From the sequence record PZ445527.1: a stretch of 64,000 nucleotides of DNA; one strand, 5' to 3'. Both the position numbers and the translations under genes were made by a program. The notes below the pieces were generated by a model, which did no database searches, had not been told where the DNA came from, and was given only the letters and a program-made list of their open reading frames with translations. This document shows, piece by piece, positions 48,740 to 58,100 of the stretch. Numbering within the stretch: position 1 is the first letter of the stretch; each line of letters starts with the position of its first letter. This stretch comes from a phage.

Positions 48740-49153
48740 TTAAATCAATTCTATATGTGGGCCATCAAAAGTACCACGTTGGATTTCATCCTTATAACTT
48801 CCGTTCTGGTTCCAATCACCACCCCATCTAATCTTTACCCCTAGCTCTTCTGCTGCCTTAAAGAAGGCATCTGCCACTAATTTGAATGATTCTAAATCAT
48901 TCCAATCAATCTTCCCATTTTTAAGAGGAGCAAAGTCAACGGCCAGCCCTTGTACGTGTTTTGACTTGCTCGGGTCTTTTAAAAACGAGGTTCCATTCTT
49001 AATATTTTGGGCGCTTTGTTCTAAGGAACGTAATCCTTCTGTAATTGTAAAATCATATGGGCTTAATTCTAAAGCTCTATGAGTTACTCTTACTAAATCT
49101 GGATGAACACCCTTTAATCTATCTAAACTTCTTTTACTAAATTTAAAACTCAT
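48740..49153 (-). CDS. endolysin, L-alanyl-D-glutamate peptidase (T5 endolysin-like)
   Basis: 137 aa; H...D...H zinc-peptidase signature (HVQGLAVDF ... GDWNQ...HIE); adjacent to holin. Confidence 0.8.
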   Translation of the reverse strand: MSFKFSKRSLDRLKGVHPDLVRVTHRALELSPYDFTITEGLRSLEQSAQNIKNGTSFLKDPSKSKHVQGLAVDFAPLKNGKIDWNDLESFKLVADAFFKAAEELGVKIRWGGDWNQNGSYKDEIQRGTFDGPHIELI

Positions 49154-49860
49154 ATTGACCTACCTAAAGACCTCTGTTGTGGGGAACAGAGCTTTGCTAA
49201 ATATTCCTTGAACTGTTCAGAATCAGCTGTATCTACCGGATTATCTTTCCAAGCAATACCAATGTACCCAGCATAGATATTTTTTAGATTGAAGTATGGA
49301 CAAGTGTATATGTAATTAAAAGTAATGTTTTTAAACGCAGGTATATTTAACCCCATATATTTATTTACTCTTACACTTAAATCCGATGCGTAGTTAAAGC
49401 CCTCTAAATGACGTCTGTATAATTCAGACGTTTTATTTACCGCTTTATCGGCCAAGTCAGCCCTATCTAATTGCGCATTACTTTCCCATGCAATAATATT
49501 GGAATAATCATTGATAGCATCTGGTTTATACTTGACTACAAAAACAGCATCTGCACCCGTCTGAGAGAAGAGAACCATGCTCTTTTCCCTCGCCACATTA
49601 GGGAAGTTATCTATCCTCTGGGTTTGTAAATCCTGTAAAACTGCAGACGTGGAAAAAGTCTTTAAGAATGACATCACTTCACTAGTATTACTAACGAATA
49701 AGAAAATAATGACAGCAACTAAGATAGTTAGCAGACGTTTAAGAAGCGATGCTGGGTCTTTCGCTTCTTGGAGCAGTACTGTTAATAATTGTAAGAACTT
49801 TTCCAATTTGTAACCTCCTCTAACCAGTACCATTATACTAATTTTGGAGGAAAATTTCAA
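49150..49860 (-). CDS. holin (T5-type)
   Basis: 236 aa with single TM helix (LLTILVAVIIFLFV); immediately upstream of endolysin with overlapping stop/start. Confidence 0.65.
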   Translation of the reverse strand: MKFSSKISIMVLVRGGYKLEKFLQLLTVLLQEAKDPASLLKRLLTILVAVIIFLFVSNTSEVMSFLKTFSTSAVLQDLQTQRIDNFPNVAREKSMVLFSQTGADAVFVVKYKPDAINDYSNIIAWESNAQLDRADLADKAVNKTSELYRRHLEGFNYASDLSVRVNKYMGLNIPAFKNITFNYIYTCPYFNLKNIYAGYIGIAWKDNPVDTADSEQFKEYLAKLCSPQQRSLGRSI

Positions 49861-49962
49861 TGGGTTTTTAAATGTTATACTTGGAGCACAAAATTATGTC
49901 GTTGTCAAGAAGAATTTTAGATAAAAGAAAAGCCAGGGTACTTAACCCTGGCTTAAAATTAC

Positions 49963-50562
49963 TTACTCTTCGTTGCGCTCCTCGGATTGAGGTAACTGCG
50001 CTTTATTATATTGCTCAGATCGATATTTTGCCAAGATTTCAATACGTTTATGGATTTCCTTGCTATCTAGATAGATATTTTTGTTGTCTTTTACCATCTC
50101 GTCGATTTCATCTATTGAGAAGAACGGATAGTAGACATCTAGCATCATATCTTCTACGAACTTGTTGTAAGATTCATAGGCTTTCTTGATTTCTTGACCT
50201 TTCTCACAGAACCCGCCAGAGAACGTGTGTCCCATTAGCGTAGCATGTGGATGTACTACCCATCCATGACAAGATAGGAAAATTGTGCAGTAAGCAGAAG
50301 CACTAGGACCAATCAGGTGTCCTATAACTGTTCCACGGCAATTAGCAATTAAGTTAGATAACTGTGCAGCGGTATCAACATAGCCACCAGGGCCATTAAT
50401 CATCAGATTAATTTCATCGTCCTCATTTGCCTGCATAAGTACCATTGATAAATCACGGTATTCATCCGGCGGACCAAGTTCTTCATCAAAGAAAAAGGTA
50501 TACTCGTTAGATTGGCGAATAGAGTGGAACAGGTTAGTCTTTTCTTCTTTTTTATTAGTCAT
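49963..50562 (-). CDS. ClpP-like serine peptidase
   Basis: INGPGGYV and GPSASA motifs resembling the ClpP family. Confidence 0.5.
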   Translation of the reverse strand: MTNKKEEKTNLFHSIRQSNEYTFFFDEELGPPDEYRDLSMVLMQANEDDEINLMINGPGGYVDTAAQLSNLIANCRGTVIGHLIGPSASAYCTIFLSCHGWVVHPHATLMGHTFSGGFCEKGQEIKKAYESYNKFVEDMMLDVYYPFFSIDEIDEMVKDNKNIYLDSKEIHKRIEILAKYRSEQYNKAQLPQSEERNEE

Positions 50563-50574
50563 AGCGATCCTTGA

Positions 50575-51327
50575 TTATCCAACTAGTGGTTCTAGCTCTA
50601 AGTCACAGAAGTTATACACTTCTAGTTTAAGGTTATTGATACCATCGAATTTATTAACTAATTCATGAGTAATATATTTTGCAGGAATACCACTTTCAGA
50701 TGGATGATCTGATTTAATAGTGAACTTCTGCTCAGCGGGCACTACATTTACTAGTAAAGAATCCATATCTAAATGGTTTGTTTCTCTGAGTAACTCTCCT
50801 TCATTGGGGAATCTCACATCTGTTATTACGGCGACATCTGGGTCGTCTTTAGCGATGGATTGCTCCAGAATTATGAGCCAAATGCGTTCATGTACTAGCT
50901 GCCTTCCTAGCTCTGTTCCTACGAGCTGTAACATTTTTCTCGGAGAAATAAATAAACTATAAAGTCCATCTTCTTTATTCTCTGAGATAAGTTGTTGAGG
51001 ATTAAGATATTTTTCCTCAAAAATAGGCCAAACGTACGAGAAGTCCTCAAACTTATCGATACCATATTTAAACCATACGTCTCTAGCTCGCTCCAATTGA
51101 TATTGTGTGACCGTAAACCATTGGTCAATCTCTTTCCCCCTGCGCTCTCCTAGAAACTCTGGAGTTACCCCGAGGATTACGGATGCAAGCTCATAAACTG
51201 GTTTAGCAAAACTGTAACGACGTGGTAAACACGTTGGATACGTGTCATTACACCAATCGATAATTAATTTTGCAACGGTATCTTTTCCTGCACCTGCCTC
51301 GCCATGTAAACCTACTAATACTGACAT
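50575..51327 (-). CDS. dnk: deoxynucleoside monophosphate kinase
   Basis: P-loop GLHGEAGAGKDT similar to T4-type dNMP kinase; 250 aa. Confidence 0.65.
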   Translation of the reverse strand: MSVLVGLHGEAGAGKDTVAKLIIDWCNDTYPTCLPRRYSFAKPVYELASVILGVTPEFLGERRGKEIDQWFTVTQYQLERARDVWFKYGIDKFEDFSYVWPIFEEKYLNPQQLISENKEDGLYSLFISPRKMLQLVGTELGRQLVHERIWLIILEQSIAKDDPDVAVITDVRFPNEGELLRETNHLDMDSLLVNVVPAEQKFTIKSDHPSESGIPAKYITHELVNKFDGINNLKLEVYNFCDLELEPLVG

Positions 51328-51680
51328 TAATCTTTCCTATTGTTAATGGGTGGATAGTAAATTAAGCAACGTTTTTCTTGTAAATCTTGGCGATAGAAGC
51401 AAACCATACTAGTCAATCGTGAGATATATGAATATTCTGCCTCCCGACATTTTGCTAACATATTCCAATCTTTATATGGTACAACAACTACTACACCATC
51501 TTCGCCATTTGTAGCTAATTTCTTTTCGAATTTGAAATCAAAGCTACAAGGCTGAAGTCCTTTAGGCCAATCTACATGAGCTGTTGGTAGCTCATGTGTA
51601 GGTTCTGGCTTTACTTCTTGTGCACAGCCTGTGATTGTGATTGCGGCTGTGAGCAGTATTCCACACTTCCAGTTAAACAT
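51327..51680 (-). CDS. candidate o-spanin (outer-membrane lipoprotein)
   Basis: signal peptide with lipobox ITGC; overlaps 3' end of upstream i-spanin-like gene in a different frame. Confidence 0.5.
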   Translation of the reverse strand: MFNWKCGILLTAAITITGCAQEVKPEPTHELPTAHVDWPKGLQPCSFDFKFEKKLATNGEDGVVVVVPYKDWNMLAKCREAEYSYISRLTSMVCFYRQDLQEKRCLIYYPPINNRKD

Positions 51681-52054
51681 GCTAATCTTTCCTCGAACTC
51701 CTTACTCTGCTTTTTAGCAATTAATGTAACCAATCCAGGCTTTGCAGCTATAATATCTTGACGACTAAGTGCTTTATCAAGCTGGGAGATCTTCTTATCA
51801 AGATCTTGTTGGGAAATATTATGGAAAGTGAAATATTGATTCATACGTGTTTCACGTTGTTCACTTTCAACTTTAATCTTGTTTAAGGAAGTTTCTAGAG
51901 TAGAGATCTTTTTAGTAGCTACTGCAAGATCACCTGATAGAGTCTCAACCTTATTAACTAAGTGATAAGCACCGAATCCGATGCCTATCGCTAGACCTGC
52001 TCCCAGGATATACCATTTACCTTGCCATAGAGAACTAATAAAGTTTTTTATCAT
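51611..52054 (-). CDS. candidate i-spanin (Rz-like)
   Basis: N-terminal TM helix then coiled-coil; 147 aa. Confidence 0.5.
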   Translation of the reverse strand: MIKNFISSLWQGKWYILGAGLAIGIGFGAYHLVNKVETLSGDLAVATKKISTLETSLNKIKVESEQRETRMNQYFTFHNISQQDLDKKISQLDKALSRQDIIAAKPGLVTLIAKKQSKEFEERLACLTGSVEYCSQPQSQSQAVHKK

Positions 52055-52731
52055 CTTTTCATATTCCTGAATGACGTAACCGTATCAAATCCATGTGCTG
52101 CTAGGCGGTCTTTATCAGAAGTGGTAATAATATCTGGTTCTCCTGTTCCAAGTACACCCCAAATATACTGCTCGATTCTTTGGTGCAGCCGATATAGGTT
52201 AGGTTCCACACTCTGCCACGGAATACCTGATAGGTGTAGACGCGGATTAGTTATAACCTTGAAGTATTTATTGTTATCTTTATCATTTGGAACTAATGAA
52301 TCTAGAACTGCTAACGGTACTCTTAACTCAGTTAAGGCTTCTTCAGCTTTGGGGGTAACTTCTTCTTGCCATGCTAAGATAGACTCTTTTGGCTTCCCCC
52401 TATTTATGTCTAGCAAAGAAAACCCTGTTGACCATCCCTTCTCCTCCAAAATTTCTAACGCCTCGTCCAAACTGAAGGTTTTTACTTGGGTATCCAGTAC
52501 ATCAATGTGGTATAACCAGTAAATCTCCCCAGCTAGGAAGAAAGGCAAAATTTTAAAGTAGCCAATCTTTCCCTCAATACGAGCAATCCTACGTTCTTGC
52601 ATGATCATATAGTTGTCATCATCTGGGGCTTTTATTGTTAGCTCTTCAGTTTTACGTTCCCAAACGCGATCGGGGTCGAACAAACTGTTCTGCAAATCAT
52701 ACACATCTACGAATTTAGAGATGATTCTCAT
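52051..52731 (-). CDS. hypothetical protein
   Basis: 226 aa ORF. Confidence 0.5.
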   Translation of the reverse strand: MRIISKFVDVYDLQNSLFDPDRVWERKTEELTIKAPDDDNYMIMQERRIARIEGKIGYFKILPFFLAGEIYWLYHIDVLDTQVKTFSLDEALEILEEKGWSTGFSLLDINRGKPKESILAWQEEVTPKAEEALTELRVPLAVLDSLVPNDKDNNKYFKVITNPRLHLSGIPWQSVEPNLYRLHQRIEQYIWGVLGTGEPDIITTSDKDRLAAHGFDTVTSFRNMKR

Positions 52732-52885
52732 ATTTAATCCTCTTGCCTCAATCTATGAATATATTATACAAAAGTTTGGGCATCTATGCAACTAAAATTT
52801 TATTACAAAAATAGCCCAGTCGCAAAAGTGCAGGCTGGGCTTTGTCATTATTTGCTTTTGCTAGTAAGTTGACTTAGTGTCAATC

Positions 52886-53266
52886 TTATGTAATATTAGT
52901 TTCTCTAGCTTTGCGTAGTACCCCTGCATTTCTCCATAACTTAATATCGTCTACTGTTTCTTTATAAGGAGCTATGGTAAAACCTAGTGGGCCAGCACTA
53001 AATAATCCTAAGAATCCTATTGCACGCATATAGAATAAACATTCTTCGCCTGTCATTTCTTCAACTGCTTTTCTTTGTTTTTCGTTTTCAAACTCGTGAT
53101 CCTTGTTGTCTATACGAAGGTGTTTAATGAACCATTCAGCAGAATATTCATCTAAGTGTCTAAGTATGGCTACTGCATACCCAGCACCAATTAAAAACCA
53201 AGTGGTAACAAGAATTAATACTATAGTCATATCATCTCCAGTTAAGGTCAGCGACCAACTCACCAC
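52886..53266 (-). CDS. membrane protein
   Basis: 126 aa, N-terminal TM helices. Confidence 0.45.
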   Translation of the reverse strand: MVSWSLTLTGDDMTIVLILVTTWFLIGAGYAVAILRHLDEYSAEWFIKHLRIDNKDHEFENEKQRKAVEEMTGEECLFYMRAIGFLGLFSAGPLGFTIAPYKETVDDIKLWRNAGVLRKARETNIT

Positions 53267-53340
53267 TTACCGCACTAAGGGGCACGACTCCCTTATCCGT
53301 AACAGTTGCAGGTGACGCAACTCGGTCCTACGCGAGTTCT

Positions 53341-53625
53341 TTAAGTATTCTGCATTTCTGCTTTAAATTTTCTCATATTACGGGTTTTTCGGTAATAGAA
53401 AAATACAGATGTTGGGCCTAAAAGAATGTCTATAATAAATATTGCAGATCTAGCACACCTGAGCAACGTTTTATCATCAAGAGGTGCTAGGTCTGATGGA
53501 CGTGTTTTATGTACAACATATAAGATCACATCTTTATTCTTGGAGATGAATAAATCATCTATTAGACTATAAATAGCAACCACAGAGCCGATGACGAACC
53601 AAAGAGCAAATGGAGAAACAATCAT
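53341..53625 (-). CDS. membrane protein
   Basis: 94 aa, two TM helices. Confidence 0.45.
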   Translation of the reverse strand: MIVSPFALWFVIGSVVAIYSLIDDLFISKNKDVILYVVHKTRPSDLAPLDDKTLLRCARSAIFIIDILLGPTSVFFYYRKTRNMRKFKAEMQNT

Positions 53626-53918
53626 TTCAGATCCTTTTCATTAATTAAAATATTTGTAAATAATGGAGTATTTCCTAAACTCATAGTAGGTCCAAATGTT
53701 TTCATAGCTACCCATAACTGCATAGTAATCATGCCATCTTTAATTTCTGGATCTTTATACTCCTCGATACGTTTTTTAGCAAAGGCAACTACATCTGGAG
53801 TGCTGCCATTCTTTATAACATGATCATGCCAAAATTGTGCATCCTCACTACGCAGGAATGTTAAGATGTCCTTAGTTGCTGGAATCTGCACTGTGCTATT
53901 GATGTTTAGCTTTTTCAC
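53622..53918 (-). CDS. hypothetical protein
   Basis: 98 aa ORF. Confidence 0.45.
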   Translation of the reverse strand: MKKLNINSTVQIPATKDILTFLRSEDAQFWHDHVIKNGSTPDVVAFAKKRIEEYKDPEIKDGMITMQLWVAMKTFGPTMSLGNTPLFTNILINEKDLK

Positions 53919-54315
53919 GTTCTTCTCTCCGACGTTTGCATTCTTTCATCATATGAGCTGCTACTACTTCATGGTAGTAGTCATTAATGTTATCTTCTGG
54001 CAAGAAATGCTTAATAGTCTCTAGCTGACAAATAACTCGATGAAGATGATTATTTGGTAGACACAATTTCATACCTGCAACAAATCCAGAGAAGCCTGGA
54101 ACACTGAACATGGGTTGGGCTTCTACTCTACCTTCAGAGTTGATATTAAGCTCAATTGAGATACCCATTTTCATGCTATAAAGCTGGCAGTATTCCCCAT
54201 TACCAGATCTTGACCAAATAGTGAAGTCTTCATCAATTTGATCTTGGATTTCTGTAATTGCAAATTTAATTCTAGGATCTAAATTATTCATCTTCACCTT
54301 CAAAGTCGCAATCAT
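53896..54315 (-). CDS. hypothetical protein
   Basis: 139 aa ORF. Confidence 0.45.
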   Translation of the reverse strand: MIATLKVKMNNLDPRIKFAITEIQDQIDEDFTIWSRSGNGEYCQLYSMKMGISIELNINSEGRVEAQPMFSVPGFSGFVAGMKLCLPNNHLHRVICQLETIKHFLPEDNINDYYHEVVAAHMMKECKRRREEREKAKHQ

Positions 54316-54694
54316 AACGACAAGTAAAAGAACTAGAGCTATTAGTACGTTGAGTAGTTATCTCACCGCGTTTGCTAATGGTAATAGCTGGTGTAGAGAA
54401 ATTTTTGTTAGTGTATACCTCTACTTTACCATTACGTTCCCTAACATCACGAACTTTACCATACTCGGTAATAATACCATTCTGTTGTACCCTAACATTC
54501 CCATTTTTCATAAAAACTTTGGTAGATGCTAGAGAACCGAAACTAACTGCTGAAACCATCAGTGCAATAATAAACTTATTCATCATGGTCTTCCTCATTG
54601 CAGTCACGGCATACATCATAATCATTGAAGGAATGTTCGTGGGCTTCACACCACCAAGAACAAGAATCACAGAGGAATATTTCGGTTTTCTCAA
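54284..54694 (-). CDS. putative secreted protein
   Basis: 136 aa with N-terminal signal-like hydrophobic segment. Confidence 0.45.
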   Translation of the reverse strand: MRKPKYSSVILVLGGVKPTNIPSMIMMYAVTAMRKTMMNKFIIALMVSAVSFGSLASTKVFMKNGNVRVQQNGIITEYGKVRDVRERNGKVEVYTNKNFSTPAITISKRGEITTQRTNSSSSFTCRYDCDFEGEDE

Positions 54695-54857
54695 GTGCTT
54701 GGCCTAAAAGATCATCAGCTTCCTCAGCAGTAATCTTCAATCCACATACATCTGCCACACGTTCTTTAATTAAGCGACCTGCCTCATGGTAAGACATACA
54801 GGTTCCAACAACACTATGCTCGACAACGTGAATAGCACAGTCTAGACGAGTTTTCAT
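54576..54857 (-). CDS. Cys-rich small protein
   Basis: 93 aa; CDSCSWWC and CRDC motifs; promoter-like TTGTTATAAT upstream on - strand. Confidence 0.45.
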   Translation of the reverse strand: MKTRLDCAIHVVEHSVVGTCMSYHEAGRLIKERVADVCGLKITAEEADDLLGQALEKTEIFLCDSCSWWCEAHEHSFNDYDVCRDCNEEDHDE

Positions 54858-54933
54858 TTCAAACCTCTCTCATCAATTTATAAATATATTATAACAAGAA
54901 AAGAGAGGTTTAGCAAATGAATTATTTCAGAAA

Positions 54934-55281
54934 TTAGTCGTAGCACCACCATAACCCACGCTTACGCATGTCATGATCGCGATTATAGTCGTAATTTTCT
55001 GGATCTTTCATCACGCGGTGGAGTTCTTGACGATTCCCTTGACGAACCATTTTATTAGAATGCCACTTAACATTCTTACTAATGGAATTCCAGTTATAAC
55101 CATCCTTTTTCTCATTACGAATGGTTGCTTCCTTCATTTCTTTTTTGATGTCGTCCCAGGATTTAGCATAAGTAACACGAATCCAGTAGCCATTTTCTTT
55201 TAGGAAAGAATATTCTTGAGAGAATTGTTCTTTAGACTTCCACCACTGATCACCAGATTGTTTACGATAAGTACGGCTCAT
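54934..55281 (-). CDS. hypothetical basic protein
   Basis: 115 aa ORF. Confidence 0.45.
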   Translation of the reverse strand: MSRTYRKQSGDQWWKSKEQFSQEYSFLKENGYWIRVTYAKSWDDIKKEMKEATIRNEKKDGYNWNSISKNVKWHSNKMVRQGNRQELHRVMKDPENYDYNRDHDMRKRGLWWCYD

Positions 55282-55402
55282 ATTACCTCCATTAAGTCTT
55301 TTAAACTAACCTAATGTGGATGAATTTTGTTATACATATATTATGTACCTTTATACAGAAAAACCCCAGACTACTTATTCAATAGCTGGGGTTTGTTATT
55401 AA

Positions 55403-55714
55403 TCACAGATCGGGGCGCTTATCTTCTAAACAGTCCGAGCTAATATCTTCTCCGAATCCTACGAAGCCATCAAATTCATTTGAAATATCCGTAATCATTG
55501 CTTCCATTTTCCTAATCTCCGAGGTTTTCATCCCTGCTTTACTATTCTTAAAGTGTTTGCGAGGATTCCCGCACATCCAACAAGAACAGATACAAGGAGT
55601 AGTAGTGATAATACCTAACCGTTTAGGGCTTTCTTCATGCGGGAAGACTGTCCAATATTTCTTGCGGTTGTTCTTCACACGTTGCCGGTGATGACGTCTT
55701 AATGCTCGATCCAC
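55403..55714 (-). CDS. putative zinc-binding protein
   Basis: CICSCWMCGNPRKH motif. Confidence 0.45.
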   Translation of the reverse strand: MDRALRRHHRQRVKNNRKKYWTVFPHEESPKRLGIITTTPCICSCWMCGNPRKHFKNSKAGMKTSEIRKMEAMITDISNEFDGFVGFGEDISSDCLEDKRPDL

Positions 55715-55795
55715 ACATTTCTCCTAAAACTTGGGAGATAAATGGAGTTTGCTCGACTACCTTACGTAGTTCGTAGAAACCGTATCCAAGCCCCA

Positions 55796-56164
55796 TTACA
55801 TCGCCTGAGTAAATGTACGACTAATAACGTCGTTCTGCTGTTCACGCGTCAGTGCGTTAAAACGCACAGCATAACCAGAAACACGAATGGTTAGCTGAGG
55901 ATATTTTTCAGGATGTTTCTGAGCATCCAAAAGCTGGTCACGACTTAACACATTGACATTTAGGTGTTGACCCCCTTCAATTTGAGGGGCGACTTCCACC
56001 TTGACTTCACGAAAGGATTCGGGGTCAAAGTGAGGTGTGATACCTTCTAGATCCTCAACTAGAACTTTTTGTTTAAGTTCACCATCTTTAGAGTATAATT
56101 GAATAATCTGATTATTATGAACAATATTAATTACGCCAGATTTAAGATTTTGATATGCTTTCAT
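55796..56164 (-). CDS. grcA: autonomous glycyl radical cofactor (GrcA/YfiD-like)
   Basis: 122 aa; C-terminal glycyl-radical motif [13 protein letters not shown] and GGQHLNVNV...[19 protein letters not shown] closely resemble E. coli GrcA and the pyruvate formate-lyase C-terminus. Confidence 0.8.
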   Translation of the reverse strand: MKAYQNLKSGVINIVHNNQIIQLYSKDGELKQKVLVEDLEGITPHFDPESFREVKVEVAPQIEGGQHLNVNVLSRDQLLDAQKHPEKYPQLTIRVSGYAVRFNALTREQQNDVISRTFTQAM

Positions 56165-56529
56165 TAGATCTCCCTGATGTTAGAATTTGGCTCAGCTTTT
56201 TGTTAACCCAGAAGCAAGATAAAAACTGGAAGGCAGGCTTGCTTTTCTCTTAACCACTAGGCTACTTTTGGGTGCTAGCATTCCGGTGAGATTGATGGTC
56301 TCGGTTAAGAAGAAAAACACGGGACTTCTGTTTTAACGTCGTGCTCCCGGATTGATGCGACTACGTGATTGCTCGCGCTAAGACAATGGCTATCTAAAGT
56401 CTTAGCTTCTACATTTATACTCCTGGATAGCATGGAGTTGCAGTCTACTTCCTGCTGTCACGCCCGGTCATTTATAGAATGTGGACTCTCTTCTCAGCAA
56501 GTTCTGGCACTATGGCCTGATCTTCTGTT

Positions 56530-56604
56530 TGGTAGTTAGTAGTGGAATCGAACCAGGTTCCACGGTTTACAAGACCGTTGCATCGCCAGCAATGCTTTAA
56601 GAGC
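56530..56604 (-). tRNA. tRNA-Thr(UGU)-like element with unpaired acceptor stem
   Basis: CCA end, T-loop TTCGATT, perfect anticodon arm ACGGT-CTTGTAA-ACCGT, D-arm GCAT-TGCTGGCG-ATGC; the 5' seven nucleotides do not pair with the 3' acceptor strand; abuts HNH gene stop. Confidence 0.35.
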
Positions 56605-56996
56605 TATCGTTGTCTTGTTGAAACTCTATTTCTGGCCCTATGCGTAGAGGTCATAGAGTGGCAGTTAGGGCAGAGAATCTTTAGATTTTCTGGAGAACAG
56701 TTAGTTGCATCTCCATCTATATGATCTACCTCAGTTAAAACTGCTCCGTCAATTGGATGTTTCCCATCCCAACCACATACTTCACAAGCAGTACCACGAG
56801 TATCCCACAGCCACTTCCTAACAAAAGGTTTTAATTGTGCAGCTTTACCAGTATAACCAGGTTCTTCACCTGCCAGCCACTTTAATACTTTTTGCTTTGT
56901 CTGGTACTCCTGCTGACAAGCAGGACCACAATACTTACCTGCGGAACCTCTACTTTTAGGTTTTGTGATTCCGCAATTTAAACAAGTAAACTCCAT
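56604..56996 (-). CDS. HNH endonuclease with N-terminal zinc finger
   Basis: CLNC...CGPAC zinc finger and HNH motif EVDHIDGDATNCSPENLKILCPNCHS. Confidence 0.75.
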   Translation of the reverse strand: MEFTCLNCGITKPKSRGSAGKYCGPACQQEYQTKQKVLKWLAGEEPGYTGKAAQLKPFVRKWLWDTRGTACEVCGWDGKHPIDGAVLTEVDHIDGDATNCSPENLKILCPNCHSMTSTHRARNRVSTRQR

Positions 56997-57160
56997 GTTG
57001 CTTCCTATTTCAACGGGATTTCTTTTTCAATAACAAGGGCTTATCAGTCATAACTGTCATTGCCATTTGTTGTAGAAATTCAAAGGTGAAGGCTACACGT
57101 TCTTCACCAATCTCTACTTCTACACGTTTCTTTTGTTTGTCAACCTTTAATTTTAGGCTA

Positions 57161-57382
57161 TCAGCCATCTTCGGATTCTCGTTGCTCGGCTACTGCTAGC
57201 CAGTCTGGTAAAAGAAACTTAGTACGAAACTCTTCATACGTTTCTTCTGGATAAAAGCTAAAACCCCCTTTCTCATCATTCAAGATAACAGAGCCGTCAG
57301 TTTGTTCATATGCTCGATATGTTTCTCCAATAATGATAACTCGCTTATCAGTACTTTTATTACGAAACTCAAAAACGTGCAT
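57161..57382 (-). CDS. hypothetical protein
   Basis: 73 aa ORF. Confidence 0.4.
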   Translation of the reverse strand: MHVFEFRNKSTDKRVIIIGETYRAYEQTDGSVILNDEKGGFSFYPEETYEEFRTKFLLPDWLAVAEQRESEDG

Positions 57383-57398
57383 AACGTTTCCTTAAAGT

Positions 57399-57474
57399 TG
57401 GAGCGGCTAGAGGGAATCGAACCCTACTCAGCGAGGCTTGGAAGGCCTGCGACACAACCCGTGTGCTTAACCGC
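57399..57474 (-). tRNA. tRNA, anticodon tentatively UCC (Gly)
   Basis: encoded CCA, T-arm TAGGG-TTCGATT-CCCTC, 7-bp acceptor stem with one G-U; anticodon loop CTTCCAA; atypical short D-loop. Confidence 0.5.
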
Positions 57475-57482
57475 TTATTGTT

Positions 57483-57557
57483 TGGCAGGGGATATTGGAT
57501 TTGAACCAATGATCTCGACTTCAAAGGCCGTTGTGCTAACCGTTACACTACTCTCCA
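57483..57557 (-). tRNA. tRNA-Gln(UUG)-like
   Basis: perfect T-arm ATTGG-TTCAAAT-CCAAT, D-arm GTGT-AACGGTTA-GCAC, anticodon loop CTTTGAA, CCA encoded; acceptor stem pairs poorly (4 of 7). Confidence 0.4.
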
Positions 57558-57648
57558 ATTGTTTGGCTGGAGTGCCTGATTCAATCCCAGGCACCTTCGG
57601 AGTCAGAGGCCGACGACTTGACAATTGATCTACACCTCAAGAATACTA

Positions 57649-57885
57649 TTAACTAGATGCTGGTTCTGCTGGCTGAGATACAGCAGGCTGTTCTAATGTA
57701 TCTGGTGCTGATACAGAGAAAAGAGCTTGTAATGCTGCAATATCACGCTCGTAAGTTTCAATACGAGTAGTAAGAGTATCTACCATCTGTTTATGATAGG
57801 CTAAGTTATTCTGAGATTCATCTCGAAGGGTTTGCAGTTCTGCAAGACGTGTTAACATAATTTCACTAATTAAAGCATTACTCAT
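57649..57885 (-). CDS. hypothetical protein
   Basis: 78 aa coiled-coil ORF. Confidence 0.45.
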   Translation of the reverse strand: MSNALISEIMLTRLAELQTLRDESQNNLAYHKQMVDTLTTRIETYERDIAALQALFSVSAPDTLEQPAVSQPAEPASS

Positions 57886-58075
57886 TTGTTTCTCCTAAAT
57901 TTTCCGGTTCTTCTAAACGTTTGCCTTCATGATCTACTCGAATAACTCCGCATCCTTCGCAAATCACAACTGCACCATAACCTTCTTTGACTTCAGCTTC
58001 TGTAATCAAACCAGAAAGATCACCAGTATCTCTGCCCCACATATCAATGGAGCATTGTTTGCAGAAATCAGCCAT
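57878..58075 (-). CDS. zinc-ribbon protein
   Basis: CKQC ... CEGC. Confidence 0.45.
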   Translation of the reverse strand: MADFCKQCSIDMWGRDTGDLSGLITEAEVKEGYGAVVICEGCGVIRVDHEGKRLEEPENLGETNE

Positions 58076-58100
58076 ATTTTATTTCCTATTTAAGTTAATT

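Noticed and set aside
57561-57600. T-arm-like sequence CCTGATTCAATCCCAGG suggesting another tRNA
   Set aside because: Stem would require a mismatch at the conserved 53-61 pair and no acceptor or anticodon arms could be built around it; more likely a simple hairpin.
57302-57628. + strand ORF (108 aa) across 57302-57628, and similar + ORFs at 59180-59440 and 61952-62158
   Set aside because: They read antisense through tRNA genes and tRNA-like elements on the - strand; the stable RNA genes explain these regions.
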